From Candidatus Woesearchaeota archaeon (GTDB lineage Archaea > Nanobdellota > Nanobdellia > Woesearchaeales > GW2011-AR4): a stretch of 64,000 nucleotides of DNA. Positions 8,980 through 18,536 of this stretch are shown piece after piece. The stretch covers positions 176,806-240,805 of the forward strand of contig JACPJQ010000004.1 of the NCBI GenBank assembly GCA_016187465.1, in the 5' to 3' direction. Both the position numbers and the translations under genes were made by a program. Below the pieces are notes generated by a model, which made no database searches, was not told where the DNA came from, and worked only from the letters and a program-made list of their open reading frames with translations. Within the stretch, counting starts at the first letter, position 1. Each line of letters opens with the position of its first letter.

Positions 8980-9020
8980 TTTTTTATTTTTTTATTCTTT
9001 GAAAATAAGGCAAAACAAAA

Positions 9021-9731
9021 ATGGCAGAAGTAACACTGATTATAGCATTTGTTGCAGGAATTGTATCATTCCTTTCGCCTTGCGTTCTTCCACTTATACC
9101 GGGCTTTCTTTCATATCTTTCAGGAATTAGCGCGTCGGAAGCAAACAGCGCAAAATCCAAGGCAATAATTTTTTTAAATACTGTATTCTTTGTATTGGGA
9201 TTCACGCTTGTTTTCTCGATAATCGGCGTTTTAATAAACGGAATATTTGCAGATGTTGCTTTCAGCGTAAGAACATGGCTTGGAAGGGTCGGAGGAATAA
9301 TCATAATATTATTCGGCCTTGTATTGATGAAAGCAATACACTTGCCCTTCCTTGAAAGGGAGCATAAATTTAAAGTGAAGAAAACAGGAATAACTTACGT
9401 AGCATCATTCATGTTCGGACTCGCATTTGCTGCCGGCTGGACGCCATGCATTGGGGCTGTGCTGGCAAGCATTTTGACATTGGCAACAGTTTCTGCAAAA
9501 AATGCATTTTATCTCTTGCTTGCATATTCTCTTGGAATAACCATTCCATTTCTGATAACGGGGCTTTTTGTATCAAGAATGCAGAATTTCATCCAAAAGC
9601 ATGAGAAGACGCTTAATTATGTAAACATGGCTTTTGGAATTTTGCTGGTAATTTTGGGAATATTGGTATTCACAGATTCATTAAACAGAATATCAAATTT
9701 TGCTTTATTGCGGAATATTTTTAATGCTTAA
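9021..9731 (+). CDS. ccdA: CcdA/DsbD-beta electron transporter (canonical order)
   Basis: N-terminal SFLSPCVLP and mid-protein WTPCIG. Confidence 0.92.
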   Translation: MAEVTLIIAFVAGIVSFLSPCVLPLIPGFLSYLSGISASEANSAKSKAIIFLNTVFFVLGFTLVFSIIGVLINGIFADVAFSVRTWLGRVGGIIIILFGLVLMKAIHLPFLEREHKFKVKKTGITYVASFMFGLAFAAGWTPCIGAVLASILTLATVSAKNAFYLLLAYSLGITIPFLITGLFVSRMQNFIQKHEKTLNYVNMAFGILLVILGILVFTDSLNRISNFALLRNIFNA

Positions 9732-9740
9732 GGAACTGAA

Positions 9741-11177
9741 ATGAAAAGAAACCATATTATTTCGATTGGGATAATTGCAATAATTATTACAGCGGTAGCT
9801 TTTGTTGAGTTAAGCAAGCCAGATAATGGTGCAGTTGCGTCAGATGACAAAAACACAGGGATAACAATTGGAAAGATTGCCCCTGATTTTGAGCTTGAGA
9901 CACTTGAAGGAAAAAAAGTGAAATTGAGCGATTACAGAGGGAAAAAAGTCATATTGAATTTCTGGGCTTCATGGTGTCCGCCTTGCAGAGAGGAGATGCC
10001 TGAATTCCAAAGAATTTACAGCGAAAACAAGGATAAATTAGTGGTTGTGGGTGTCAACCTGCAGGAAAGCAGAGAAAATGCAGAGGCATTCATTGAAAAA
10101 CTTGGCATAACATTTCCCATATTGCTTGATCCAAATGCCCAAGTGAAAGATATGTACAATGTATTCACCCAGCCAGTTACTTATTTTATAGATTCGAATG
10201 GAAAGATTGTTGACAAGAAATTTGGACCATTGACAAACGAGGAAATAAATGAGAAAATTGCTAAAATGAACATAAAAAGCACTGTATCAACAAGTTTTGA
10301 AAGTGAAGAAATCAAAACATTGCCGGATGGAATAAAATATATCATCCATCCAAGCAAATTTTTGTCTGGAGGGCCTCCAAAAGATGGAATTCCTTCTATT
10401 GATGATCCAAAATTTATTCCTGCAAATCAAGCTGATTGGCTATCTGATGACGAGCTGGGCCTTGGAGTTGTACACAAAAATGAAGCACGATTTTATCCGT
10501 TCAGGATTTTAGTCTATCACGAGATTGTAAATGATTTTATACAAGATGATCCAATACTGGTAACTTACTGCCCTCTTTGCTTTACAGGAATTGCCTTTAT
10601 AAGAGAAATAAATAACGAGCCTGTTGAATTTGGAGTTTCAGGCAAGCTTTACAATTCAGAGCTTGTCATGTATGACAGAAAAACAGATTCATATTGGCCT
10701 CAGACTTTAGGAAAATCTGTTCTGGGTCCTTCAACTGGAAAAACCATTAAAAAAATTCCAACTGATACTGTGAAGTGGGGTGATTGGAATAAAGTCCATC
10801 CAGATACAAAAGTACTGTCCAAAGATACGGGATTTTTAAGGAGCTATGACGGAAGCAATCCATACGGCAGAAAGGGAGACTTTACAGATATTAACTTACA
10901 ATTTCCGCTGGAAAATGAAGATTCAAGATTAGAAGCTTATGAAATTGTCTATGGAATAGAAGTTAATGGGCAATTCAAAGCTTATAAAAAATCTGATTTG
11001 GACCAGAAATTAAAAATAGAAGACACTATCGGGGAAGAAAAAGTAATAATTGAATTTGATAAAGACTTGAAATCGGCAAAAGCATATAGGAAGTCTGGAG
11101 AACAGATTGTTGCAGATACTTTATTCTGGTTTGCATGGGCTGCATTCCATCCTGATACGGAGTTGTATAAAAGTTAA
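9741..11177 (+). CDS. TlpA/ResA thioredoxin fused to DUF3179
   Basis: NFWASWCPPC; GGPPKDGIPSID, TYCPLC, GVSGKLYNS, FWFAWAAFHPDT. Confidence 0.9.
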   Translation: MKRNHIISIGIIAIIITAVAFVELSKPDNGAVASDDKNTGITIGKIAPDFELETLEGKKVKLSDYRGKKVILNFWASWCPPCREEMPEFQRIYSENKDKLVVVGVNLQESRENAEAFIEKLGITFPILLDPNAQVKDMYNVFTQPVTYFIDSNGKIVDKKFGPLTNEEINEKIAKMNIKSTVSTSFESEEIKTLPDGIKYIIHPSKFLSGGPPKDGIPSIDDPKFIPANQADWLSDDELGLGVVHKNEARFYPFRILVYHEIVNDFIQDDPILVTYCPLCFTGIAFIREINNEPVEFGVSGKLYNSELVMYDRKTDSYWPQTLGKSVLGPSTGKTIKKIPTDTVKWGDWNKVHPDTKVLSKDTGFLRSYDGSNPYGRKGDFTDINLQFPLENEDSRLEAYEIVYGIEVNGQFKAYKKSDLDQKLKIEDTIGEEKVIIEFDKDLKSAKAYRKSGEQIVADTLFWFAWAAFHPDTELYKS

Positions 11178-11408
11178 ACTTATAGCATTTTTTCCATATC
11201 AACGCACATAACTCCATATTCTCCATTGATACATATGACATCTTTTTTCATAATTTATTCTAAAGGCGTCTAATTCATTAAAATTTTGTTTAACTGTTTA
11301 ACAAAACATTTAATATGAAAAAAAATCGAAGATTTTTGAATATAAATGTCCAAAAATGCTCACATTTTCGATACATTTATATATAAGTTATATGCTTATA
11401 TTTTACAT

Positions 11409-11729
11409 ATGTTAAAAAAGCCATATAAATTATTTTTTGGAACATTGGCAAACCGCCAAAGATTGGAAATTATAAATTTGCTTAGGAAAGGGCCGAAAAA
11501 CGTAACTCACCTCTGCAAAGAGCTGAAAGTCAATCAAACAACTGTTTCTCATAATCTAGCAGTTCTTAAAAAATGCAGTTTCGTTTTTTCTGAGAAGAAT
11601 GGAAAAGAGAGGATTTATTCACTTAACACAAAAACCATTAAGCCTTTAATGGGAATTATTGACAGGCACACAGAGGAATTTTGCAAATATCTCTGCGGAT
11701 GCAAAACAAAAATTAATGGAGGTAAATAA
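11409..11729 (+). CDS. ArsR/SmtB metal-sensing repressor
   Basis: LANRQRLEII...VSHNLAVL; Cys/His-rich tail HTEEFCKYLCGC; inverted repeat ATATAAG-N7-CTTATAT at 11381-11401. Confidence 0.88.
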   Translation: MLKKPYKLFFGTLANRQRLEIINLLRKGPKNVTHLCKELKVNQTTVSHNLAVLKKCSFVFSEKNGKERIYSLNTKTIKPLMGIIDRHTEEFCKYLCGCKTKINGGK

Positions 11730-11730
11730 A

Positions 11731-11865
11731 ATGGCAAAAAGAAAACCGTGCTGCAGTGGTGGAGTTTGTCCAGCTTGTGATTGCTGCATATGCATTTGCA
11801 CAGAGGATTTAAAAAAGACATTGACACCGGAAGCAAGAAAGCTGCTGATAAAAGCATTGAGCTAA
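11731..11865 (+). CDS. 44-aa Cys-rich metallothionein-like peptide
   Basis: GGAGGT RBS; CCSGGVCPACDCCICIC (8 Cys in 17 aa). Confidence 0.7.
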   Translation: MAKRKPCCSGGVCPACDCCICICTEDLKKTLTPEARKLLIKALS

Positions 11866-11875
11866 ACTGATAGAA

Positions 11876-12352
11876 ATGAGAAAAAAGTTGCATGTTATAG
11901 CAGGTGTATTATCCAGAAGAAATTATTTCTTTATTTTCTTAATCTCAGGGCTATTATACGGCATTATCTATGCTGTTATGACAAATTTAATTGATATTCG
12001 GTCCGGATTAAAGTACGTCACTTTTTCATTCACTGCTGTGAGTATCACATTCTTTGTTGCATTTTCTATTTTAGGTGGTATTCTCATTTCATTGCAGGTT
12101 TTTGCCATTAAAAACAAGCAAAGAATATTAAAATATGCAAATTTCGGATTCTTAGGTGCTTTTCTAAGCTTCTTTAACGTAACATGTCCCTTTTGCAAGC
12201 CGTTTCTTCTGTCACTAATAGGGTTTTCAGGCTCTTTAGCAATTCTTAAATATGGCTCAGCGCTTGCATTTATCAGTGCTTTATTATTATTCGTATCTAT
12301 TTATTTGGTAACTTCAAATATTAATGTTAATAATGGCGATAAAAAATGGTAA
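11876..12352 (+). CDS. membrane protein with intramembrane CPFC (MerT/MerC-like)
   Basis: About 4 TM helices with a CxxC motif, in the ArsR operon. Confidence 0.65.
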   Translation: MRKKLHVIAGVLSRRNYFFIFLISGLLYGIIYAVMTNLIDIRSGLKYVTFSFTAVSITFFVAFSILGGILISLQVFAIKNKQRILKYANFGFLGAFLSFFNVTCPFCKPFLLSLIGFSGSLAILKYGSALAFISALLLFVSIYLVTSNINVNNGDKKW

Positions 12353-12504
12353 AACAAATAACTAAAAACAATAAGACATATTTTATATGTCCTGAGTGCA
12401 ATTTTGCTTATGCAGACAAAGAAACTGCTGCAAAATGCGAAGCTTGGTGCAGGGAGCGTCACAGCTGCAATACAGAAATCACAAAATATGCAGTTGAAAT
12501 TTGA
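12346..12504 (+). CDS. 52-aa Cys/His zinc-finger-like protein (not in ORF track)
   Basis: CPECNFAY...KCEAWCRERHSCNTEI; start overlaps the previous stop. Confidence 0.8.
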   Translation: MVKQITKNNKTYFICPECNFAYADKETAAKCEAWCRERHSCNTEITKYAVEI

Positions 12505-12561
12505 ATCGGCATAAAATTTAAATATACATAGCTTGCAGAGCTCTTTCAAGAAGATGGCACT

Positions 12562-13254
12562 ATGGCTTTTCACTTATTATCCTTGATTTTGGCGGGAATC
12601 CTTAGCTTTGCAGATTATGTTACAGAGCATATTTTCTCTGAAAAGCTGAGAAAAAACCAGAAGCTTGTTTCATTTTCAGCAGGGGTGGCAATTTCTTATA
12701 TAGTGTTAAATCTATTTCCAGAAATATCTTCTAATTCTTTGATAGAGGGAAAAAGAATTTTTCTGTATGCATTGCTGGGATTTGTTGCATTAAACTTGAT
12801 TGAGCAATATATTTTTAAGGGCACAGGAAAAATTAAAAATATATCAAAATACCATAAAGGAGTCCATGTTGCTTATTTCTTTATTTATAATCTTTTTATC
12901 GGGATGGTGCTGATTAATTTTACCTTAAAGGGGTTAACTCCAACATTGTTGTTTTTTGTTCCGTTTCTGCTTTATATTATAGCTGAAATGCTTCCTCAGG
13001 AGTTTGAGTTTAAGAATCGCTTATCAAAAGTATTCTATTCTTTAGCGCCTTTATTTGGAGCATTGCTTGGCATAATCTATAAAGATTTTACCATATCAAT
13101 TTTCGGCAAATTAATAGCCTTCATTACGGGAACTCTGCTTTACATTGTGATTAGGGAGTCTCTGCCCAGTTATGAAGCCGAAAAACCATTATACTTCATG
13201 ATAGGGGTACTCTTATATACTTTAATTTTATATTTGAGCTGGAATCTTGTATGA
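12562..13254 (+). CDS. ZIP-like metal transporter-related membrane protein
   Basis: SFSAGVAISY...LFPE and GTLLYIVIRESLP patterns. Confidence 0.65.
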   Translation: MAFHLLSLILAGILSFADYVTEHIFSEKLRKNQKLVSFSAGVAISYIVLNLFPEISSNSLIEGKRIFLYALLGFVALNLIEQYIFKGTGKIKNISKYHKGVHVAYFFIYNLFIGMVLINFTLKGLTPTLLFFVPFLLYIIAEMLPQEFEFKNRLSKVFYSLAPLFGALLGIIYKDFTISIFGKLIAFITGTLLYIVIRESLPSYEAEKPLYFMIGVLLYTLILYLSWNLV

Positions 13255-15212
13255 CACGGCATATTTCGCTTGGAAACGGCAGCTTACTAGTCAGTATAGA
13301 CGAATGGCTCCAAATTCGTGACTTCTATTACCCGCATGTTGGGGAGGAAAACCACTTGCTTGGGCATGCGCATAAGATAGGAATTTTTGCCGACAACAAA
13401 ATTTCATGGCTTAATGAAGATAATTGGCTAAGAGAAATAGGTTATAAAAAACAAACATTAGTTAGTGACTGCTCTGCTATAAATGAAAAAATGAAATTAG
13501 AATTAAAGGTAAATGACTGCGTTGACTGCAGTAAAAACATTTTTTTAAGAAAACTGACAATAAAAAACAACTCCGGCACCGATAGGGAAATTAAGCTTTT
13601 CGTACATCACGACTTTCACTTATATGGGGATGGTGTAGGGGATACGGCTGGCTACGGGCCGACCGCAAACATAATTTTTCATTACAAAAGAAAAAGGCAT
13701 TTTTTGATTAATGCTGTTAATGCAAAAAGTAATCTAAGCAAAAAAGGAGACATCTCTGATTACTCTGTTGGCAATGCAGATTTGCGCACAATAAAAGATG
13801 CCGAAGATGGTGCATTGGAAAAAATTCCGATTGCGCAAGGAATGGTTGATTCTATTATAGGTATAGAATTGGGCATTGCAGCAAATGCCGAGCAATGCAT
13901 TTATTATTGGATTTGCTGCGGCCAAGATTTTGAGGAGGCAGAGAAATTAAATAGCTTTATAATGAAAAAAACTCCTCAAGCTTTGATGGAAGAAACAGAA
14001 ATGTGCTGGCTAGGATTGGCAAATAAAACTACAATTAATTTTGCAGATTTAGAGCCTAAAATAATAGACGAGTTCAAGAAATCTGTTTTAATAATACGGA
14101 CGCATATAGACCATCATGGCGCAATTATTGCTGCTTCTGACTCTGATAATCTGCAGTTCAACAGGGATACTTACAATTATGTGTGGCCAAGAGATGGAGC
14201 TTTAATCGCCTTAGCCCTGCAAAAAGCTGGCTATTACGAGCTTGTTGAGAATTTTTATATCTTCTGCAAAAATGTTTTATCTAAATACGGGTGTTTTCTG
14301 CACAAGTACAATCCTGACGGCTCTCTTGGAAGCTCATGGCATCCTTGGATTAAGGACGAGAAGCCGCAGCTGCCTATTCAAGAGGATGAAACGGCATTAG
14401 TTATTTATGCACTCTGGGAGTATTACGAAAAGACAAAAGATAAAGCCTTCATTGAAAAATTGTACAATCCATTAATCCTAAAAGCAGCAGACTTCATGGC
14501 AGATTATATAGACAAAAACACAAGCCTTCCAAAACCGAGCTATGACTTATGGGAGGAAAGGCATGGTATTTTTGCCTTTACATGCTCAACTGTTTACGCT
14601 GGGCTTAAATGCGCTTTTAAATTTGCTGAGCTATTTGGTGATAAAGGAAAAGCTGAAATCTACCGCAAAACTGCTGAAAGCCTGAAGCAGGCAATGATTG
14701 AGTATCTGTTTGACAATGATACAAGAAGGTTTCTTAGAAGTATTAATTTTGACGGCAGTAATTCAACAAAAGACTTTGTAATTGACAGCAGCTTGTATGG
14801 CATATTTGAATTTGGCGTTCTTCCTGCAGATGATTCAAGAGTTGAAGATACAATGAAGGCTGTAATGGAAAGGCTCTGGGTAAAGACAGAAATTGGAGGT
14901 ATGGCAAGATATGAAAATGATTTGTATCACAAAACTTCAGAACACACAGAAGTGCCAGGCAATCCATGGTTCGTTTGCACAGCATGGCTTGGCAAGTACT
15001 ATGTTGCAAAAGCAAAGACAAGGGAAGAGCTGAAAGAAGCATTAGAAATAATAAAATGGATGATTAAAAATGCGCTTTCAACAGGCGTAATGCCGGAGCA
15101 GATTAATCCATATACTGCTGAGCCGTTATCGGTAAGCCCTCTGACATGGAGCCATTCAGAGTTTGTTGATTTAGTGGTTAATTATGTTGAGAAATACAAA
15201 CAATTAAAATAA
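13251..15212 (+). CDS. glycoside hydrolase family 15 (glucoamylase-like)
   Basis: YVWPRDG, YDLWEE, MPEQ, PLTWSH. Confidence 0.92.
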   Translation: MTRHISLGNGSLLVSIDEWLQIRDFYYPHVGEENHLLGHAHKIGIFADNKISWLNEDNWLREIGYKKQTLVSDCSAINEKMKLELKVNDCVDCSKNIFLRKLTIKNNSGTDREIKLFVHHDFHLYGDGVGDTAGYGPTANIIFHYKRKRHFLINAVNAKSNLSKKGDISDYSVGNADLRTIKDAEDGALEKIPIAQGMVDSIIGIELGIAANAEQCIYYWICCGQDFEEAEKLNSFIMKKTPQALMEETEMCWLGLANKTTINFADLEPKIIDEFKKSVLIIRTHIDHHGAIIAASDSDNLQFNRDTYNYVWPRDGALIALALQKAGYYELVENFYIFCKNVLSKYGCFLHKYNPDGSLGSSWHPWIKDEKPQLPIQEDETALVIYALWEYYEKTKDKAFIEKLYNPLILKAADFMADYIDKNTSLPKPSYDLWEERHGIFAFTCSTVYAGLKCAFKFAELFGDKGKAEIYRKTAESLKQAMIEYLFDNDTRRFLRSINFDGSNSTKDFVIDSSLYGIFEFGVLPADDSRVEDTMKAVMERLWVKTEIGGMARYENDLYHKTSEHTEVPGNPWFVCTAWLGKYYVAKAKTREELKEALEIIKWMIKNALSTGVMPEQINPYTAEPLSVSPLTWSHSEFVDLVVNYVEKYKQLK

Positions 15213-15257
15213 AAATTAAATACTTTAACAAAATATTTAAAGTTATGCAAAAATTCC

Positions 15258-15354
15258 TATAGAGAATTTTGAAATATATCAATTTTGTCAAAATTCTCTA
15301 AGAGAACTTTGAATGAAAATGGTGAAAATAATGAATTTTTCAAAGTTCTCTATA
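15258..15354. repeat. two tandem related 13-bp inverted repeats upstream of trxB
   Basis: TAGAGAATTTTGA/TCAAAATTCTCTA (15260-15300) and AGAGAACTTTGAA/TTCAAAGTTCTCT (15301-15351). Confidence 0.85.
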
Positions 15355-15359
15355 ATAAA

Positions 15360-16325
15360 ATGTATGACACAATAATCATAGGGGCTGGCTGTGCAGGTTT
15401 AGCAGCAGCAATGTACGCAGGCAGATTAAATATGAAAACTTTGATGATAGGCGACAATATAGGTGGAACAATTGCGCTTACGGATGTTGTTGAGAATTAT
15501 CCAGGATTTATAAGGCTGACAGGGCAAGAATTGGCAGATAATTTAAGAAAGCATGCAGAATCTTACAATATTGAAAAAGCAGAGGCAAAAGTAACTAAGA
15601 TTAGGCATGAGCATAACTGCTTTATTGCTGAAACCAATGAAGGCAAAACTTACCAATCAAGAACCATAATATTTGCAACAGGTACAGAATGGCGCAAGCT
15701 AAATATTACTGGAGAAGCAGAATTTGCAAATAAAGGTGTTCATTATTGTGCTTTGTGTGATGGTGTTATTTATAATGGCAGGATTGTTGCTGTTGTTGGC
15801 GGCGGTGATAGCGCTGCAAAAGAAGCGTTGCTAATGTCGCAATATGCCAGCAAAGTCTATAGCATTGTAAGAGGCGAAAAATTAAGAGGGGAGCCAATCA
15901 ATAACGATAGAGTTGCCAAAAATCCAAAAATTGAAGTTATAATAAAGGTTAATGTCAAGCAGATAATCGGTGACAAGATAGTTAAAGGTGTTGTTCTAGA
16001 TAAGCCAATAAATGGAAGCACAACTTTAAGCTTAGACGCCATTTTTGTTGCAATTGGACATATTGCATTGTCGCAGCTTGTGAAAGATATTGGTGTCGCT
16101 ACAAACAAGAAGGGGGAAATTATTATTGACAGGCAATCCAAAACCAATATTCCAGGGTTTTTTGCAGCAGGAGATGTTTGTGACACAGTATTCAAGCAAG
16201 CAATTACTGGAGTTAGTGAGGCTGTCACAGCAGTTTATTCTGCTTATACCTATGTCAATGAAAATGAGTTTATTTGCCCAATTGGAAATGAGGATTTAAT
16301 GGCGAAATCCAATAAAAACACTTAA
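15360..16325 (+). CDS. trxB: thioredoxin reductase
   Basis: IIGAGCAG, HYCALCDG, VVGGGDSA, AAGD. Confidence 0.92.
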   Translation: MYDTIIIGAGCAGLAAAMYAGRLNMKTLMIGDNIGGTIALTDVVENYPGFIRLTGQELADNLRKHAESYNIEKAEAKVTKIRHEHNCFIAETNEGKTYQSRTIIFATGTEWRKLNITGEAEFANKGVHYCALCDGVIYNGRIVAVVGGGDSAAKEALLMSQYASKVYSIVRGEKLRGEPINNDRVAKNPKIEVIIKVNVKQIIGDKIVKGVVLDKPINGSTTLSLDAIFVAIGHIALSQLVKDIGVATNKKGEIIIDRQSKTNIPGFFAAGDVCDTVFKQAITGVSEAVTAVYSAYTYVNENEFICPIGNEDLMAKSNKNT

Positions 16326-16441
16326 AACTCATATTTAACTCTTAAAACATAATTTATTAAAATATAGCGCATACCCTAAATAAAGCACAAAAAAGAAAGA
16401 TTATTAAATAGGGAAAAACAACAAAAATCATGGAGGTAAAA

Positions 16442-16471
16442 ATGGGAAGGGGAAAAGGACAATGCTGTTAA
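16442..16471 (+). CDS. putative 9-aa micropeptide MGRGKGQCC
   Basis: GAAAG+TTATTAAATA promoter, GGAGGT RBS, T-rich tract after the stop. Confidence 0.45.
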   Translation: MGRGKGQCC

Positions 16472-16653
16472 TTTGTTTTTGAAATCATTTTTAGTTTTTT
16501 AAATATTTAGGTTATTGCGTTAGGAAAGAAAGTAAAACAACACAAAAAAAATATGTTTACATTAATAAAACATAACAAAACTTCAATGAGAAAATTCATT
16601 AACAAAACCCATTAAAAATAATCAAAATTAAATGTTAATGGAGGATTAATAAA

Positions 16654-16917
16654 ATGGAAAAAACAAAAAGCGATTCAAAGAAATCACCAAAGATTAAAAT
16701 CTATACTACAAGCACATGCCCTTGGTGCGTGAAAACCAAAGAATTTTTGAAAGCAAATAACGTGAAGTACGAAGATGTAAATGTGGGTATGAACGAAAAA
16801 GCAAGGAACGAAATGTTTGAGAAATCCGGCCAGTTTGGAGTTCCGGTAACCGATATAAACGGAACAATCATAGTTGGCTACGACAAAGAGGCTTTGAAAA
16901 AAGCACTCAGCTTATAA
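16654..16917 (+). CDS. glutaredoxin-like (NrdH/YruB-type) protein
   Basis: CPWC, GQFGVPV, IVGYD. Confidence 0.92.
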   Translation: MEKTKSDSKKSPKIKIYTTSTCPWCVKTKEFLKANNVKYEDVNVGMNEKARNEMFEKSGQFGVPVTDINGTIIVGYDKEALKKALSL

Positions 16918-16931
16918 ACTTCTGTTGCTCT

Positions 16932-18179
16932 ATGGAAAAAGACAATGTTTGCATTGACTGCTACAACCAAATAGACAAAGTCGCAAATATCCTGAAGCTT
17001 GGGCAGGCAGAGCTTGATGTACTTACAATACCGAAGAGGATTCTCACTTTTAGCTATCCTGTCAGGCTCGACTCCGGCGATTTAAGGTACTTCACAGGCT
17101 ACAGGGTTCAGTTTAACGATGCCCGAGGACCGACAAAAGGCGGCATAAGATTCCATCCAGAGGTCAACCTTGAGGAAATAAAAACACTTGCTTTTTTGAT
17201 GACATTGAAATGCGCTGTTGTAAACCTTCCTTACGGAGGCGCAAAGGGCGGAGTCACAATTGACCCAAAGCGATTTTCAGATTACGAGCTTGAGAGGATT
17301 AGCAGAGGCTACATAAGGGAAACATACAATTTCATAGGACCAAATATAGACATTCCTGCTCCCGATGTCAACACAGATGCTAAGATAATGGCATGGATGC
17401 TGGATGAATATGAAAAGCTTGAAGGAAGGCACACCCCTGCTGCAATAACCGGCAAGCCGATTGCCTTGCTTGGCTCAAAAGCAAGAGACTTTTCAACATC
17501 AATGGGCGGAGCTTATGTTCTCAGTGAGTTTGCAGGTACGCTTAACATGAAGCCGTCTGACACAAGCGTTGCAGTGCAGGGATTTGGAAATGTCGGCATG
17601 AACATTGCAAGGATTCTTCATGAATGGGGCTACAAGGTCATTGCAGTCAGCGACTCAAAAAGCGGAATTTATGATTCAAAAGGGCTTGACATCAAGGATG
17701 TGATCTCCCATAAGGACAAAACAGGAAAAGTTGAGAAATTCAGGGGAGCAAAAGACATCTCAAACGAGGAGCTGCTTGAGCTCAAGACAGACATATTAGT
17801 GCCTGCTGCGCTTGAAGACCAGATTACAAAGAAAAATGCCGATAAAATAAAGGCTAAGATTGTCCTTGAGATGGCCAACCGCCCGATAACGCCGGAAGCA
17901 GATGACATACTGCTTGGCAAGAAAATTGTTGTAATACCCGATGTCCTTGCAAATGCCGGTGGCGTAGTTGTTTCCTATTTTGAGTGGGTGCAGAACTCCC
18001 AAAACTATTACTGGAGCGAGAAAGTAGTGCTTGAAAGGCTCAAGACATACATGACAGATGCTGTAAGAGAGATGTCCAAAGTCTGCGCTGACTTCAAATG
18101 CGATATAAGAACTGCCCTTTACATCAACGCAGTAAAGAAGATTCTTGAAGCCGAAAAGCTGAGGGGGAATTTGAAATGA
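16932..18179 (+). CDS. gdhA: glutamate dehydrogenase
   Basis: GPTKGGIRF, GGAKGG, PAPDV, QGFGNVG, SYFEWVQN. Confidence 0.95.
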   Translation: MEKDNVCIDCYNQIDKVANILKLGQAELDVLTIPKRILTFSYPVRLDSGDLRYFTGYRVQFNDARGPTKGGIRFHPEVNLEEIKTLAFLMTLKCAVVNLPYGGAKGGVTIDPKRFSDYELERISRGYIRETYNFIGPNIDIPAPDVNTDAKIMAWMLDEYEKLEGRHTPAAITGKPIALLGSKARDFSTSMGGAYVLSEFAGTLNMKPSDTSVAVQGFGNVGMNIARILHEWGYKVIAVSDSKSGIYDSKGLDIKDVISHKDKTGKVEKFRGAKDISNEELLELKTDILVPAALEDQITKKNADKIKAKIVLEMANRPITPEADDILLGKKIVVIPDVLANAGGVVVSYFEWVQNSQNYYWSEKVVLERLKTYMTDAVREMSKVCADFKCDIRTALYINAVKKILEAEKLRGNLK

Positions 18180-18269
18180 TGGAATTTATCTCGTTAAATA
18201 TTCTAAGATGGGGGTAGTAGGGGGGAGGGATAGAAAGATTTAAATATTAGTTAGGATTTACTATTCATT

Positions 18270-18536
18270 ATGGTAAAGATTAAATCTGTCCAACAGATTG
18301 TTGAAAATTATGTTATGAGTTCGCCTATAGCGTCTATTAGATACGAAAAATCTATGCATAATAAAGGGTGGGAGAAACCTAAAGAAAAAAGTTTAAAATA
18401 CGCATTAAATCTAATAAAAAAATCTGGATTAAATAAAACTGAGGCAATTAATATTTTGGAAGAAGTTAAAAATAGAACTCAAGAAATATTGTTGATATTG
18501 CATAATAATTTTAAATTAAAAAATGGTAAAAACTAA
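18270..18536 (+). CDS. hypothetical protein overlapping the methyltransferase start
   Basis: Open frame after a TATA box; AT-rich like the R-M genes. Confidence 0.5.
   Translation: MVKIKSVQQIVENYVMSSPIASIRYEKSMHNKGWEKPKEKSLKYALNLIKKSGLNKTEAINILEEVKNRTQEILLILHNNFKLKNGKN

Noticed and set aside
8389-11177. Selenocysteine or stop-codon recoding in DUF3179/thioredoxin genes
   Set aside because: All CxxC motifs use ordinary Cys codons, and TGA/TAG act as normal stops.
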